From the NCBI RefSeq assembly GCF_006345805.1, contig NC_043003.1, positions 27,590,001-27,654,000 on the forward strand: 64,000 nt of DNA, read 5' to 3'. The position numbers were made by a program, and so were the translations under genes. Below, in pieces: positions 37,987 to 52,100 of the stretch; the stretch's first letter is position 1, and each line of letters opens with the position of its first letter. The notes beneath the pieces are model-generated. The model searched no databases. It was given only the letters and a program-made list of their open reading frames with translations, and was not told the DNA's origin. This DNA is from Octopus sinensis. Lineage: Eukaryota.

Positions 37987-40900
37987 CATACATATACATA
38001 CATACATATATATATATACATATACATACATACATATATATACATACATACATATATATACATACATACATATATATATATATATACATATATACATACA
38101 TATATATACATACATACACATACATACATATATATATACCCATGCTAGCATGGAAAGCGGACGTTAAACGACGATGATGACGATGATATATATATATGTA
38201 TATATACATGCATGCATACATACATACATACATACATACATACAAATATATATGATGTAATAATTTTAGTGGTGGGTAAATAGTTTGGTTTTAGCCATCA
38301 GCTATAATATTTCTCACTCTTCCTTGTTCTTTGAAATTGGAATGACCTCCATGCTATCATCACCAAGCCTAAAGCAATCCCTCTCCCAACCACCATCATC
38401 ATCATCATCAGACTACTGACTGTTGCATAGCATTGCAACCATCGCCAAACATTAGTTCCAACATCAACCACATTCCTGCCACCAACTTCAACCACCTGCT
38501 TAAGCTCCCCCCATCTCCAACTTTGCTGTCATCACTATCATCAATACTGCTTGTACCACCACCACGTCACACTGTCTTCATTTTTGTAATAATTAGTGTT
38601 ATCTTAAAGTTGTAGAAATATAAACAAATCCATGGTATAGTTATAGTGGAGGCGGGGACACTGGTAGTAATGGCGATGGTGATGTGGTGGTGTTTGATGA
38701 CACTGGCGGTGGAGGCAGTGGGTTAAAAATACTGATAGTGGTTGTGGTAATGATAGTGATGGTAGTGGTGGTGGTGGTGATGACTGATGTAAACAGAGAG
38801 AGGGAAAGAAAGAGGAAAAACACAAGGGAAGAAAGAAAAGGAGAATAAGTAGGTAAGAAAAAATAAAAAGGAAGATATTTATGAAGGATTGTAGAGAGGA
38901 AAGAAAGCCAGAAGATTTTGAAATGCAAAACATAAGTGTAATACAATGTTCTTATAATAATAATAATAACGGAGATGTACATGCATAGCAAGTGACCTGA
39001 TCTGAGATCGAGTGCTGGAACAAAAACAATTGCAGTGAACAGGTCATGGTCTCAAAGCAATGAAAATATTTTGACAAATTAAATTTAAATGTTGAAGTGA
39101 ATCTAACGGTTTTTGTATGTTTCTTAAATGGCTTATAAACACCTTCCATGCTGCAATAATAATAATCCTTTCTACTAAAGGCACAAGGCCTGAAATTTTG
39201 GGGGGAGAGGACGAGTTGATTACGTTGACCCCAGTGTTTCACTGGTACTTAATTTATCGACCCCGAAAGGATGAAAGGCAAAGTTGAAGAGGAGTTACAA
39301 CAAATATTCTACACATCAGGTTTGCTTATCAGTTGTTTGACCATAACCAATTGAACATGTCCCTTCGTGGCTGACGATATGTGCACCTCTGATCATGAAC
39401 GGAAGTAGTGGTGGAGCATCATAGCCATGGGTTAAGAGAAATTTTTTGGGGTTTGACTAGTTTGCCTTGGGAAACATGGGTGTTTCATTCAACATCCTTA
39501 AACAAGCTTTATTCAGGGACCTTTTTGAGTGGGATAGGCTACTCAACTGAAAATTCCAACTGGGCCTCGCCTACAAGATCATGTGTTTTTTATCTTGATA
39601 TGAGATCACCATGTCATGCACATATGGTTGTGATGCATCTGCCTAATGTACCTTATAATGATAGGTATTTTGGGCTTCGCATATTTGTACTCCAGTGTCA
39701 CTTTGATGGTATGTACTGCTCTCCCACTCAATAATAATAATAATAAACCTTTCTACTATAGGCACAAGGCCTGAAATTTTTGTGGGAGGGGGCTAGTTGA
39801 TTACATTGCCCCTAGTTCTTGACTTGATACTAATTTTATTGACCCCAAAAGAATGAAAGGCAGAGTGTATCTTGACAGAATTTGAACTCAGAACATAAAG
39901 ACAGATGAAATGCCACTAAGCATTTTGCCCAGCATGCTAACAATTCTTCTAGTTTGCCAAATCTTTTTATTACAGGCACAGAGCCTGGAAGATTCGGGGG
40001 AGGAGGCTTGTCAATTACATCAGCTCTAGTATTTGAAAGACAAATACAGCCTGAGAGGAATTTGAAACTGGAATGTAAAGATACAGAAGAAATACCACTA
40101 AGCATTTTACCCGACACGCTAATGATTCTTTCAGCTTGATGCCTTTTTAGTAATAATAATAAAATAAAATTTCGGGGTTGGGGTGGTGGTAAGTCAATTA
40201 CATTGACCCCAGTTCAGCTGGTACTTATTTTATCAACTCCCGATAGGATGAAAGGCAAAGGCAATCTTGTCAGAATTTGAACTCAGAACGTAAAGATCGG
40301 CGAAATTTCACTAAGCATTTTGCCTGGTGTGCTAATGATTTGGCCAGCTTGCCACCATAATAATAATCCTTTCTACTATAAGGATTATACTACTACCTTT
40401 CTCGAGAAAGAATATGTGGTGGTCTTAACAAAGTTTGTGTGCAGAAATGTACGGCAAAAACTCATTCACATGGTGCATAAATGTGTGCATGTGCACACAT
40501 GCAAATTCTTAAGTAAGATTGGAAACAGAAATTGTCCAAACGAATGCATACAGTTCTTAAAAAGACCAATGCTTGAAAGATGGCACTGTTTTAGCAACAA
40601 AAACCCTTTGATATTGTTCATATAACTAGAAGCCATTCAAATAAATACGTATATAAACTTGAAAAGGAGAAATTGGTAATATCTTTAATGTATGGATTTA
40701 TAAACTTCTTTTACATTGAGTTAAAAGATTCCTTAAGGCAGTGCTTTTCAAACTTTTTGCTGGAGCAGAACCCCAAGGAAACATTCCACTGGCTCGGGGA
40801 ACCCCTGTGCAATAATTTAATTGTCTTATGCACACATATCTGCACAGGAAAATTAAAAATTACTGCTGATTTTAGCAGTTTTGTAACTTCTTGCGGAACT

Positions 40901-43900
40901 CTGGACTGTACTGGTGGAACCCTGGTTGAAAACCACTGCCTTAAGGGTTTGATTTGATTTAGCCAGGTTTTTACTCTGAATGTATGCTAGTGGCATGTAT
41001 ATTTTACAGAAGATTTCAAAATTAAAATGTAATATTTTTTATAAAATGGACAATTGATGTGAATGTGTATGTCTAAGCATTGCCACAGCTGATGTTTGAC
41101 ATCTCTGAACTATAATTTACAAATCTGGATAAGTTTCTATGCCTTGAGAAGACAAGAAATGTTGCTCTTTGAAGAAAAAAACCCTTTATCAGACTGAAGC
41201 ATTTAAATCTTTCACTTTTCTATCTTTTTCTTTTCCGCAAAAAAAAAAAATCTTTGCTTGAAATTGCAATATTCACATCTCCACTCAATATAATATCATC
41301 TAAAAGAAGGAATATACTCACATGTGCTTCATTGGACTTGTGGCATTTTCTGCCTGCCGCCTGCTGTTGTCCTCTTTGTAGAGGGTGTAATTATTGTCCT
41401 TGTTAAGGTTCGCTGGAGGGAAATTCTGTTTTGTCACTCTAGCTGTTGACATTGGAATTGCTCCCACAGTTGAGCTGCGAGGCCGAATCCCAGCTTTTGG
41501 AGAGTCCGGCGGCGTTGGTAGCTGAAACTTGCGTTCCTTGGACATTGGAGAAGCAGACGGTGACAACTCAGGTGTTGTCGGAGCAGAAGAATCCTGAAAT
41601 GGAAATAAAATCAACTGGTACAGAATTCTGTTTAGACTTCCATAATGTCAAAGCAGAATGGCTCTGAGGTTCAGATGTAAGGTTACAGATCTCATGGTTA
41701 GGAGTTCAAACTTTACTATAGTCATTATGTTTTGTTTCATTTTAAAAACATATAAATCTGCTTAATGCAGAATAATATAGAAGCTACACTCATTTCTTGT
41801 TGTCCCTATTAAGACCCAGGCCGGCCCTTGTTTAGTAGACTAATAATCAGAGCTATTTCAAACCACGATCATCACTCCAGTCTTCTTTTTAATTTGGCAC
41901 AATGTTTACGAGGTTGAAGGTGTATGTAATGGAATCACAAGCTGTCAAAAATGTTTCCCTGCCATAATGGTATAATTCTATACTTGATTCAATCTATGAG
42001 GCTGAAATGTTGATACCATGGCTGATTTATTCCCATTGTTTGTAATTCATCCTGCATTATCTTGTAGCCATGAGATTTTGATTATATGATTTTCTTTTAT
42101 TCTTTTACTCGTTTCAGTCATTTGCCTGCAGCCATGCTGGAGCACCACCTTAAAAGGATTTAATTGAAGAAATCGACCCCAGGATTTATTCTTTGTAAGT
42201 CTAGTACTTATTCTATTGGTCGTGTTTGCTAAACCATTAAGTTATGGGGATGTAAACACACCAACATCAGTTGTCAAGTGAAGATAAGGGCACAAACACA
42301 GACACACACATAGATATATACATATATATATATAACAGGCTTCTTTCAGTTTCTGTCAACCAAATCCACTCACAAGGCTTTGGTTGGCCTGAGGCTATAG
42401 TAGGTGCCATGCAGTGGGACTGAATCCAGAACCATATGGTTGAGAAGCAAGTTTCTTACCACACAGCCACAATATTGTAGAACAGGTGTAAGAAGCTGGA
42501 TCTGGTTAGTTTGACCATAAAATAAATACTTTGGCTAGATATGGCTGGTTTAAATGCTAAGGGGTTAAAATACATATCTATGCTATACGCTGCTGCTCTC
42601 ATAATTGTTTTAACTTCCACTAATCCATACTTGTGTGGGTTACATAGAATTTATTGAAGCAGATTTTCTACAGTTGGATGTAACTTCTGTCAACAACCCT
42701 CACAGGTTTCATATAAAGACAAACTGTCCATGAATGGAGTGCCTTTGATCACAGAATTCTTGGTCAGAGGTGACCTGTGGCTAAACAGCAAGAGGTGTAA
42801 GAAATAGTTTGCGGAAAGTGGGGGGGAATAGGGAGAATAGCAAGTTCAGACTGTTACACACAGCATCCAATACTGGGATCCCCTTTGTCTGAAACTTGGT
42901 CTGCACAGGTGCTGGGATTAGGTTTTGGGGAGGTGGCTGTGGTCACCAAAAATAGGGGTCCTGATGTGTGGCCAATTTGCCCCGGGTCCACTGTTGGGAT
43001 TCCCTGCTGCGCTTGAGTGAGGTCTGCCTCGTAAGCGGCCTGCACACAGGAGTAGCCTATGTTGGAGAGCTGTTACACACAGCACCTAATGTTGGAAAGT
43101 GCAGACACTCAAGGACCAAGCAACGACAACATCAACAATAGGGCAGTAATAAAATAAATAAAAAAATTGCAACATTGCTACATACAACTGAATAAGCTGC
43201 CCAGCTACTCTCACTGTCCGTTGTTCCGCTTCGTTGACGAAAGGCTTCTCTTGCTTCATCCTTTTTACGACCCTGAAATGACAAGAAAATTAAAAATTCA
43301 ACCACAACAACAACAATGATAACAACAACAAAGATGTCACAAAAAAAATGCTACTCCTGACATACCTAATATTCTTTTTCCTCGTTACAATTCTTTCATT
43401 ATTCACCTTTCTGTTGTATTGTATTTTCCAGCATACAAGTCGGAATTTTTCAAACCAAAATTTGCAGCCCCAAAAATGGTAGACCAACTTATACATAAAC
43501 ACAACTTTGGAGGGCCAAATATTCCATGTGAGATGCAACAGAATTTGGAAAGATAGTGACAATGTTTGGCTGTTTACACGATATACTATGGTGACTTGTA
43601 CGTCAGAAAATATGTCTTACTTTGTGTACTGTGTACTATGCATGTACTTCTAGTCTTCATTGCTGTTTTTCTTTACTTGTCCTATATAACTGCTTTCCGT
43701 CCCCTTTTTTAACCTTTACCAACAAGTTCTAACACATCTGGGCACTGTATACAATAAACTCATTATTGCATCTAAAACCTGAGTGTTTATCTTTAAATAT
43801 TTTTTATTTCCGTGATTATTATTTTTTTCCTTTTTATTTGTTTCAGCTATTCAGACTATGACCATGCCTTGAAGAATATTTAGCTAACTGAATTGACTCA

Positions 43901-46900
43901 AGTACTTTTTTTTTTTTAAAGTTCCGGTACTTCTCCTATTGGTGGCTTTTGCTGAACCGCTAAGTCATGGTGATGTAAACACACCAACACCAGTTGTCAA
44001 GTGGTGATGGGCGACAAACACAGACACACACACAACAAGCTTCTTTCTGTTTCAGTCTACCAAATCCATGCACAAGACTTTGGTCGCCTCAAGGCTATAG
44101 CAGAAGGCACTTGCTCAAGGTACAACACCGTAGGACTGTACCCGGCACCATGTGGTTGGGTAGCAAGCATCTTACCATACAGTCACTGGACTAGAGGCTA
44201 TGCTGGGGTACAGCCTACAAAAGTTTTACGGTGGATTATAGTGACCCCTAAACCCACAATACTTAATTCGTTGTTTATTATATCTTACAGTAGAAGAAAG
44301 GCAAGACAACTGCAGCAGAAATGAAGATAACTCCTTCCCCTCCTCCTCTGCTACTGCTGCCATCATTTCAATGTCCAGTTTCATTAGTCTTGCATGGATC
44401 TGATAAAATTTGGTGAGTCAGATTTTCTAAGGTCAGATGCTCTTTCTTAAATAGGGCAAATAATTGATGATCATGATGACAATGATAGTAATGACGATGA
44501 TGGTATCTTAAAGAAAATAGGTGAAAGTATAATCAACTCCCATCTCTATCTTTTCAAAAAGAACAATTCACTTCTTCACTACTCATATATTTTTTGTCAT
44601 GTCAACAACCACAAATTGCACAAGGCCATCAATATTTAGAATGGTGGAAGTACTTAGTGTCACAAATTTACCTGTAATACCCCAGTGATATTTAGTTTAA
44701 AAGCCCTCTACCTCACTCCTATAGGAATGAAAAGTAAAGTTAATCCTTAGTAAGGTTTGAACCCCAAAATATAGGGAGAGATAACAAAATACATGATATT
44801 AATGTCTGGTACTTCTGATTCTGTAAAGGGTTTCCCTTACATCAATAATCAGCAAGATGTTCGAAACCATCCTTAAGAAAAGTATGATGCTCCACCTCCT
44901 AAGCACAGCCTCGATCACTGATTCCCAACACGGCTTCGTGCCGAAGAGATCATGCTTGACCAACTTACTAGTAATGGAAGAATTGGTGACGCGCATCCTC
45001 AATGATAGTGATGCTGTTGACATCGTTTTATTGGACTTTGCCAAAGCTTTTGACTCGGTAAACCACCGCCTACTACTTGTCAAGCTTCAAGCATATAGTT
45101 TCCATCCGGATATTGTACGATGGGTTGGTGCCTTCCTCTCAGATCGCTCCTTCCAAGTTCAAGTTAATGGTTCGCGGTCCGACGTCTCCAGTGCGAGCAG
45201 TGGCGTGCCTCAAGGTTCAGTGCTTGGGCCCTTATTGTTCTTAGTCTTCATAAATGACTTGCCCGAAGACCTCACGCAACACACCCTTCTATTTGCCGAC
45301 GATATCAAACTGGTCGCTCCTCGCGGTAGTATAGAGGATCTTCGTCGATGCCTCCACCAAATTTGGAAGTGGTCTAACGAGTGGGACCTGTGTCTGAACG
45401 TGTCAAAGTGCTGTCATCTGCCTGTCGGCTCTACTCCTACAACTCAACTTGATTTCGAGCCGGGTCGTCTGCTGCTGGAGAGGACCGATCAGGTAAAGGA
45501 CCTGGGTATCTTGGTGGATTCCTCCTTCTCGCCTTCGGCCCAGTGCGTCCATGCTGCCAACAAAGCGCGCGGAATTCTGTTTTTGATTCGACGGTCATTC
45601 GGAGTGCTCACAGCAGCCATATTCCTGCCACTCTATGTCACGCTGGTGAGACCCATATTGGAGTATGGGATTCAAGCCTCTTCTCCTTATCTCCTCAAAG
45701 ACATACAGCACCTCGAAAGAGTCCAGAGGCTGGCTACCCGCCTGGTTCATGGTCTCAAAAATTTGTCCTACGAAGAAAGGCTGAGGACGCTCGACCTTTA
45801 TTCTCTTGAAAAACGCCGCCGCCGTGGTGATCTCATTCTCGCCCACAACATCATAAGCGGGAAGTGTAACCTCTCGAAAGAGCTGTTCTTCACTCCTGCT
45901 CCGGAGCGTCGGCTGCGGGGTCATTCCGAAAAGCTCTACCTGCGACGATTTCATCTCAATCGAAGGAGAGGGGCTTTCTCCGTCCGGGTTGCGGATCCGT
46001 GGAACAAGCTGCCAGATGAGATGGTGAAGATGCCGACGACCGCTTTGTTCAAAGCCTCCCTGGACCTCAAGTGGCCTGAACTCTTTACATGAACACCACC
46101 CTGTACTTAACTCCATGTCCCCCTACATGGCCTTGCTATTTGCTTTTGAGCCAAATTAACTAACTAACTACTCTCTTTCAGAAAATAAGTGACATACACA
46201 TTGGGTAAAAGGTGGTCAATTAAGAGAATCATTAGAATGTTAGACATATACTTTATGGTAACTGTTTCAATTTTTTATGTTGTGAGTTCAAATCCTACTA
46301 AGGTCAAATTCAAGGTCGATAATAAAGCACCAGTCAAGTACTGAGGTCAATTCTCTCACTATCACTTTTTCTCTCCCTAGACCAGGTTATAAGACATCAT
46401 TCAAAAATAAAAGCGAGTCAATTTCATTCTAGCAGGATAAAAGGTGAGTCAGTTTCATTCTAGCAGGATGGAAATAACCATCCAGAGAACTCTGAGGTAG
46501 TAGGCATGGACAGATCAATGTAATGATGTATCACATCATCATCATCGTCGTTTTAAGTCCGCTTTCCATGCTAGCATGGGTTGGACGGTTTGAACGAGGA
46601 CTGGTGAGCCAGAGGCTGCACCAGGCTCAATCTGATCTGGCAAAGTTTCTACAGCTGGATGCCCTTCCTAATGCCACCGGTACGAGGGCCAGTCAGGTGG
46701 TTCTGGCAATGACCACGCTCAAATATTGTTTTTCACATGTCACCAGCAATTGCGCTGGTAAAGCAATGCTGGCAACAATCATGCTTGAATGGTGCTTTAC
46801 ATGTGTCACTAGCACAAGAGCCAATCTGTGGCCCTGGCAACGATCACACTTGGATGTACTTTTAACGTACCACTGGCATGAGTGCCAATCAGGCGGTAAA

Positions 46901-49124
46901 GCAGTACTAAAAATCTTGTCAGACTGTTTTAAATAAGTGGATAGGAGAAAAACACAAACCAATGTCAATTGCTTGAATAGTTTTCATCACAGATGTGTTC
47001 TATCTGGGACAGGGACCACAAAAGGTTAAACAAGGACAATAATTTCTCACAAAAGCATAGTGGTTGTGGTGGTATGGTAGCAAAACAGATTTGAACCAAG
47101 AAAGCACTATGTTAAATTCACCCATCCATCTCCTTTGCCTATAATTCCTGGGAGGATTGTGGGGAAAGAGTCCCCAGGTAACCCCTCTGTAGGGTTCTCT
47201 CAAGAGCCACCAACATTACACTCTCTTGCTGAATTTCCAAAGTGTGGCCAATTGAGTATATGGATATTATCCAACCATCTTGTTCTTGCTTTAGGTCTCC
47301 TGTCAGTTGGTTTAGCTTAAAGAATTTGTTTTGTGAATTTTTTCCCTGCAAAATTTCAATCACATGTCCATAGTGCCAGAGCTGGGATCTTTCAAAGCTG
47401 AGAAATAGTGGAGTGAGCTACAGAAATTCTCTGATCTCTGACCTACACACATTGTTGAGTAATGTTACTCCATAGCTCCTTTGGAGAAACCCCATTTCAG
47501 CCATTTATATTCTTTTGGTCATTCTTCAACATTCCTGTCCATAAGCAAGGACAGGATTAAAAACTGAATTGATGATAGCCAATTTGGCTTTTAACCAAAT
47601 TCTTTTCTCCCAAAGAACAAATACTGAAGCTGGTACATTACTGTGCCAGCACCTGCTATTTTCTGTTAGGCACAGAGGTTTTTTTTCTTGATGACATGTG
47701 GGATTTGGATTCAGACACCACAAGGCATTCCGTTTGATACTCTGACAATTTCATCAACCTACCAGAATAGATTAGAACATTTTTATGGCAGAGTTTCAGA
47801 ATAGTTGTCATAAAGCAAATGAAATTTCTTATTTTTTCGGTTTTCAGTACTGTTCATAATCTTAAAAAGAAAAAAATTTCAAAATTCCATGTTTACCAAA
47901 TTTCTGAACCCCCATCCCTTCATCATGCCTTCAGAATAGCTGTCATGATTAAAATGAATTCTTTTTGTTATTTCTTTTTGTCATTTTAAACCCATGTAAC
48001 CTGCATTAAAAAAATTTTTTTTTCAAAAATTCATGTTCTTCAAACTTCATGTCCCTCAACCCTTTCATTGTTACTTTGGAGTAGCTGTCACGATCAAACT
48101 AAAATTTTTTTGACAATTTTTTCGTCATTTCCTAACATCTCACACTCTAGTACATACATAACTTGCATTTAAAAAATGTCTATTTTTCAGAACCCATGTT
48201 TTTCAAATTTTTTTTTACCCCCATCCTTTATCATGCCTTTGGAATAGCTGCCACGTTCAAAACGAAAGTTTGCTGGGTAGTGTGGGGAGATTTATTTGTC
48301 ATATTATATATACAATTCATTTAACTTTCATATTGTATAGAAAAATGTTTTAACAGAATGGCAAAAGTGAAAGAGAAAAAAAAAAACAGTAGGAAACAGA
48401 CCATAAAGTAGATGAAAAACAGGCAGAAAATTTTAAAAAAACGTCAGATTTTGGAAAAAAAAAATTTTTTTTCCCCTATGAATCATTTAAAAATGTTGGG
48501 TATAATACAATAATAAAAAAACTGAGGTGGTAGGGTAACACGAAATATTCCATTTTATTCGTGACAGCTGTTCTGAAAGTCCACCATTTAAAAAAAAAAA
48601 AAAATTTCATTTCGAAAAGATAAAAAGCTAAGTTGACCTTAGTGTTATCTGAACTCAGAGAACAGGGAGTTGAAACAAATACAGTGAAGCATATCATCAG
48701 AATTTAGGGAGCAGGGAGTGGGGAAAATCGATTAAATTGATACAGGTACTTTTCTGCTAACAATTTTCTTAACTTTGTTGAGACTGACACTCAGTAAAAA
48801 GGGAGATAACTAAAAACTGCAAGAAGGGGACCCCTACATGGTCAGGAGGGCTGCAAGAAATAACAGCCACATCTACCTCAAATCACACGTTAGGTTTGTT
48901 CTTGGTTTCTTGAAAGTAAAATCATGTGATGGTCATGGTTAGAATGATCTTGATTATACGTCTGTAAGATAAGGGTTGACCTGGGGGCTAACCAACCTTC
49001 AACAAAATTAACAACAATAAAAGCTACTAGTCAATGAGGAAATCTCTACATGCTTGCTTAATCTAGCAGAGATAGTAGCCAAATCTCCCTCAATTCTCAT
49101 GTTTTATAAGCAGAAGAACACTTG

Positions 49125-49160
<36 letters not shown>

Positions 49161-52100
49161 TTCTGCTCAATACCACAGATTTGCTTGTCAGTTGTTTGAC
49201 CTTAACCAGTTGAGCATGTCCCTTAGTGGCTGACGATATGTGCATCTCTGATCACGAGTAGAAGTAGTGGGGGAGCATCATAGCCATGTGTTGAGAAGGA
49301 TTCTTTGGGGTTTGAATAATTCACCTCTGGAAACATGGGTGTTTCGTTCAACGTCCTTAAACAACCCTTATTCAGGGACCTTTTGAGCGGGATGGGTTAC
49401 TCGATCTGAAGAAAATTCTAACTGGGCTCCACCTGCAAGGTCATGTGCTGTTTATCTTGATATGAGATCACCATGTCGTGCACATATGGTTGTGATGCAT
49501 GTGCCTGGTGTACCCTTATCAGACGGGTAGTCATGATGGGTATACTGGGCTTCATATATTTTACCCCAGTGTCACTTTGATGGCATGCTCTGCTCGCTCA
49601 CTCAATAATAATAATAATAATAATCATAATAATAATAATGTAGTCCTTCATATACAGAAAGACATGATGGCCATGGCAGGAACTCCTTTGATTACAATCA
49701 AAGGTGTTAGTATTGTTGCTATTTAGCCCCAGGTCATGATGGTCATAGACAGAACTAATTTGTTAGGTTTGCTCAATGAAAGCCCAGCTGGAGTTAAACA
49801 ACATCAGCAATAACAACAACAAATGGGAATTATACTTACACGGATTAAGCTTTCAAATGAATTTGTCAGGCTTTTCTTTGCTTTGTTCCTGAAACTATCT
49901 AGTTTGGAAGTCTTAGTCCGTCGATCCATTATGTTGAACTAGAGGAAAAAAAAAGACAAAGTGAATGATGTGTTAAAGAGAGAAGTAGGGAGAGAAAGAT
50001 GGGGTAGAGGGAAAGAGAGAAGTAGGGAGAAAGAAGGAATTCAACTGACCATGAATTACTGTAACAGAAATATATTTTACTCACACTATAATCAGTAAAT
50101 ACAGGCATAGCTGAGTGGGTAAGAAGTTTGCTTCTCAACCACAAGACTTTGGGTTCACTCCCAGTGTGTGGTACTTTAGGTAAGTGTCTTCAATAGTCAG
50201 CAACTGACCAAAGCCTTGTGATTGAATTTCATAGACAAAAGCTGAAAGAAACTTGTGGTGTGTGTGTGTATCATCATCATCGTTTAACGTCTGTTTTCCA
50301 TGCTGGTATGGGTCAGACGCTTTGACTGAGAGCTGGAAAGCTAGTAGCTGCACCAGGTCCCAACCCTCACTTTACTGACAGCTCTTACCAACCACCTCAT
50401 CTATCTCCAGTTTCCACATTGACCATCAGATAAGGGATTGGGGGACCCTGCCAAAGGCTTTTTCCAAGTCAACAAAAGCCAAGTACAGAGCTTTATCTTT
50501 GGCTAGATATTTCTCCTGCAGCTGTCTTACCAGAAATATAGCATCAGTGGTGCTTCTGCCTGGCACAAAACCAAACTGCATCTCATCTAGGCTGACTCTC
50601 CCTAATTAGTTACCCTCTCTGTAACTTTCATCACCTGATCCAACAATTTGATACCTCTGTAGTTATTTCTATATAAAGCAACACTTTTATGTAGGGTGTC
50701 ACTATTTGAGAACAAAACTTAAGAACCATTAAGTGGTCTAAACTTTAACTGAATATCCTCTCCTTTTTCAGTCCTAACACAGAAGCTTTGGATCTAATGC
50801 AGACAATAAAAAGAAATGCCATTCTCATTGCCTTAGCCAGTAACTACAGTGATTTGGGGATTACAGCCTTCTTAAATGGTACCAGGTCCTTTGTGTTTAA
50901 GAGAAGAAAGCTCCTGGCTTTGGAGGGAATGTTTTCAATCACCAAAAGAAAAATATATTTTTGACAGCAACAAAAGTTAAGCCTAGGTCATCATCAATGA
51001 AAATCCCAGCAAGTCAAAGAAGGTCATTGCCAAACAACTCCATATGAGTCAATGATTAGATATGTAGTGCATAAAGACATCAGGTAAAAATCTTATTTCA
51101 TGAGAAGAGGACAGTTTATGCCTGGTAAGACTTAGATATGGCTGAAGTGCTTACTAAACAAACTGAAGCACCCCAAGGAGCCCAACATGCTCTGGTTCTT
51201 CTCAGATGAGAACTTTGTCCAAGATTAAAAAGTGAATAGGGGGAATGATATATGGCACTGCACCAGCATCACTGAAGTCTCCACTTCTACTCTACGGAAG
51301 TCACAAACTATCAGCAGTGTTGTATTCATCACTCTTCCACTTAACAAATCATCAGCTGGCTTTCTATCTTTGGAGACATGTGAAATAAGAGACTCCTTCA
51401 CTGAAGAACAGGTGGGAGGTAACTGGGCTTCTATCTACCCAATTCCATTCACACTGTGGGTACCGTTCAAGAATTTGGACCCGGAGATCTCCATTTCCAG
51501 TGACTTTGAGGGCCACCTCCCAGTGGTGTTGGGTGTCAATGAAGAGCCCTTGACTACAACAAGACGACCAAAGTTTTTTGTTTTTTTTCCACGGTCTGGG
51601 GTCTCTCGCCCCTAAGCCCTAGACCATCACCTAATCACCCTTACCCATCTTGTTGCTTAACAACAACAACACACTGTGGGTTGACTCAAAATTATCATGG
51701 AAGATAATTATGCACCTGAATTTGAAACAACATTATTATGTAGTAAGCTTCTTAAACTACAAGCCTGTGCTCTTAAACTGTAGCCACACAATAACAGTGA
51801 GAGGACAAGAGAGAAAATATATATCTACCTCTAGTTTGCCTGCAGTTTTTCCTGTAGAAATATGATTGTGCTCTTTCTGTTTCTGCTCACACAAGTACCT
51901 CAAAGACATCATCATAACTTCCAAAAGTTCTTCACTTGTCTGTGGGTTTTCTTGCTGTAAATTCAGAAAATGTTTAAATTAAGATCATAAATAACTTTAA
52001 TATAAAATGAAAACAAAAAAGATACTTTTGTGGATTAGATAAAGAGGGAAAGAAACAAAATTTAAAAATAAAACAACAAAATCATACATTAATGTACATA

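Noticed and set aside
37612-38245. Long YIYICM-type ORFs (also near 4300, 17760, 57510, 61780)
   Set aside because: Translations of dinucleotide and tetranucleotide microsatellites
45543-46116. 88-aa and 173-aa ORFs overlapping the RT
   Set aside because: Alternative-frame and antisense shadows of the GC-rich LINE ORF
51232-51615. 127-aa plus ORF as a gene
   Set aside because: Its start is the tail of the decayed maT transposase; the remainder has no recognisable motif
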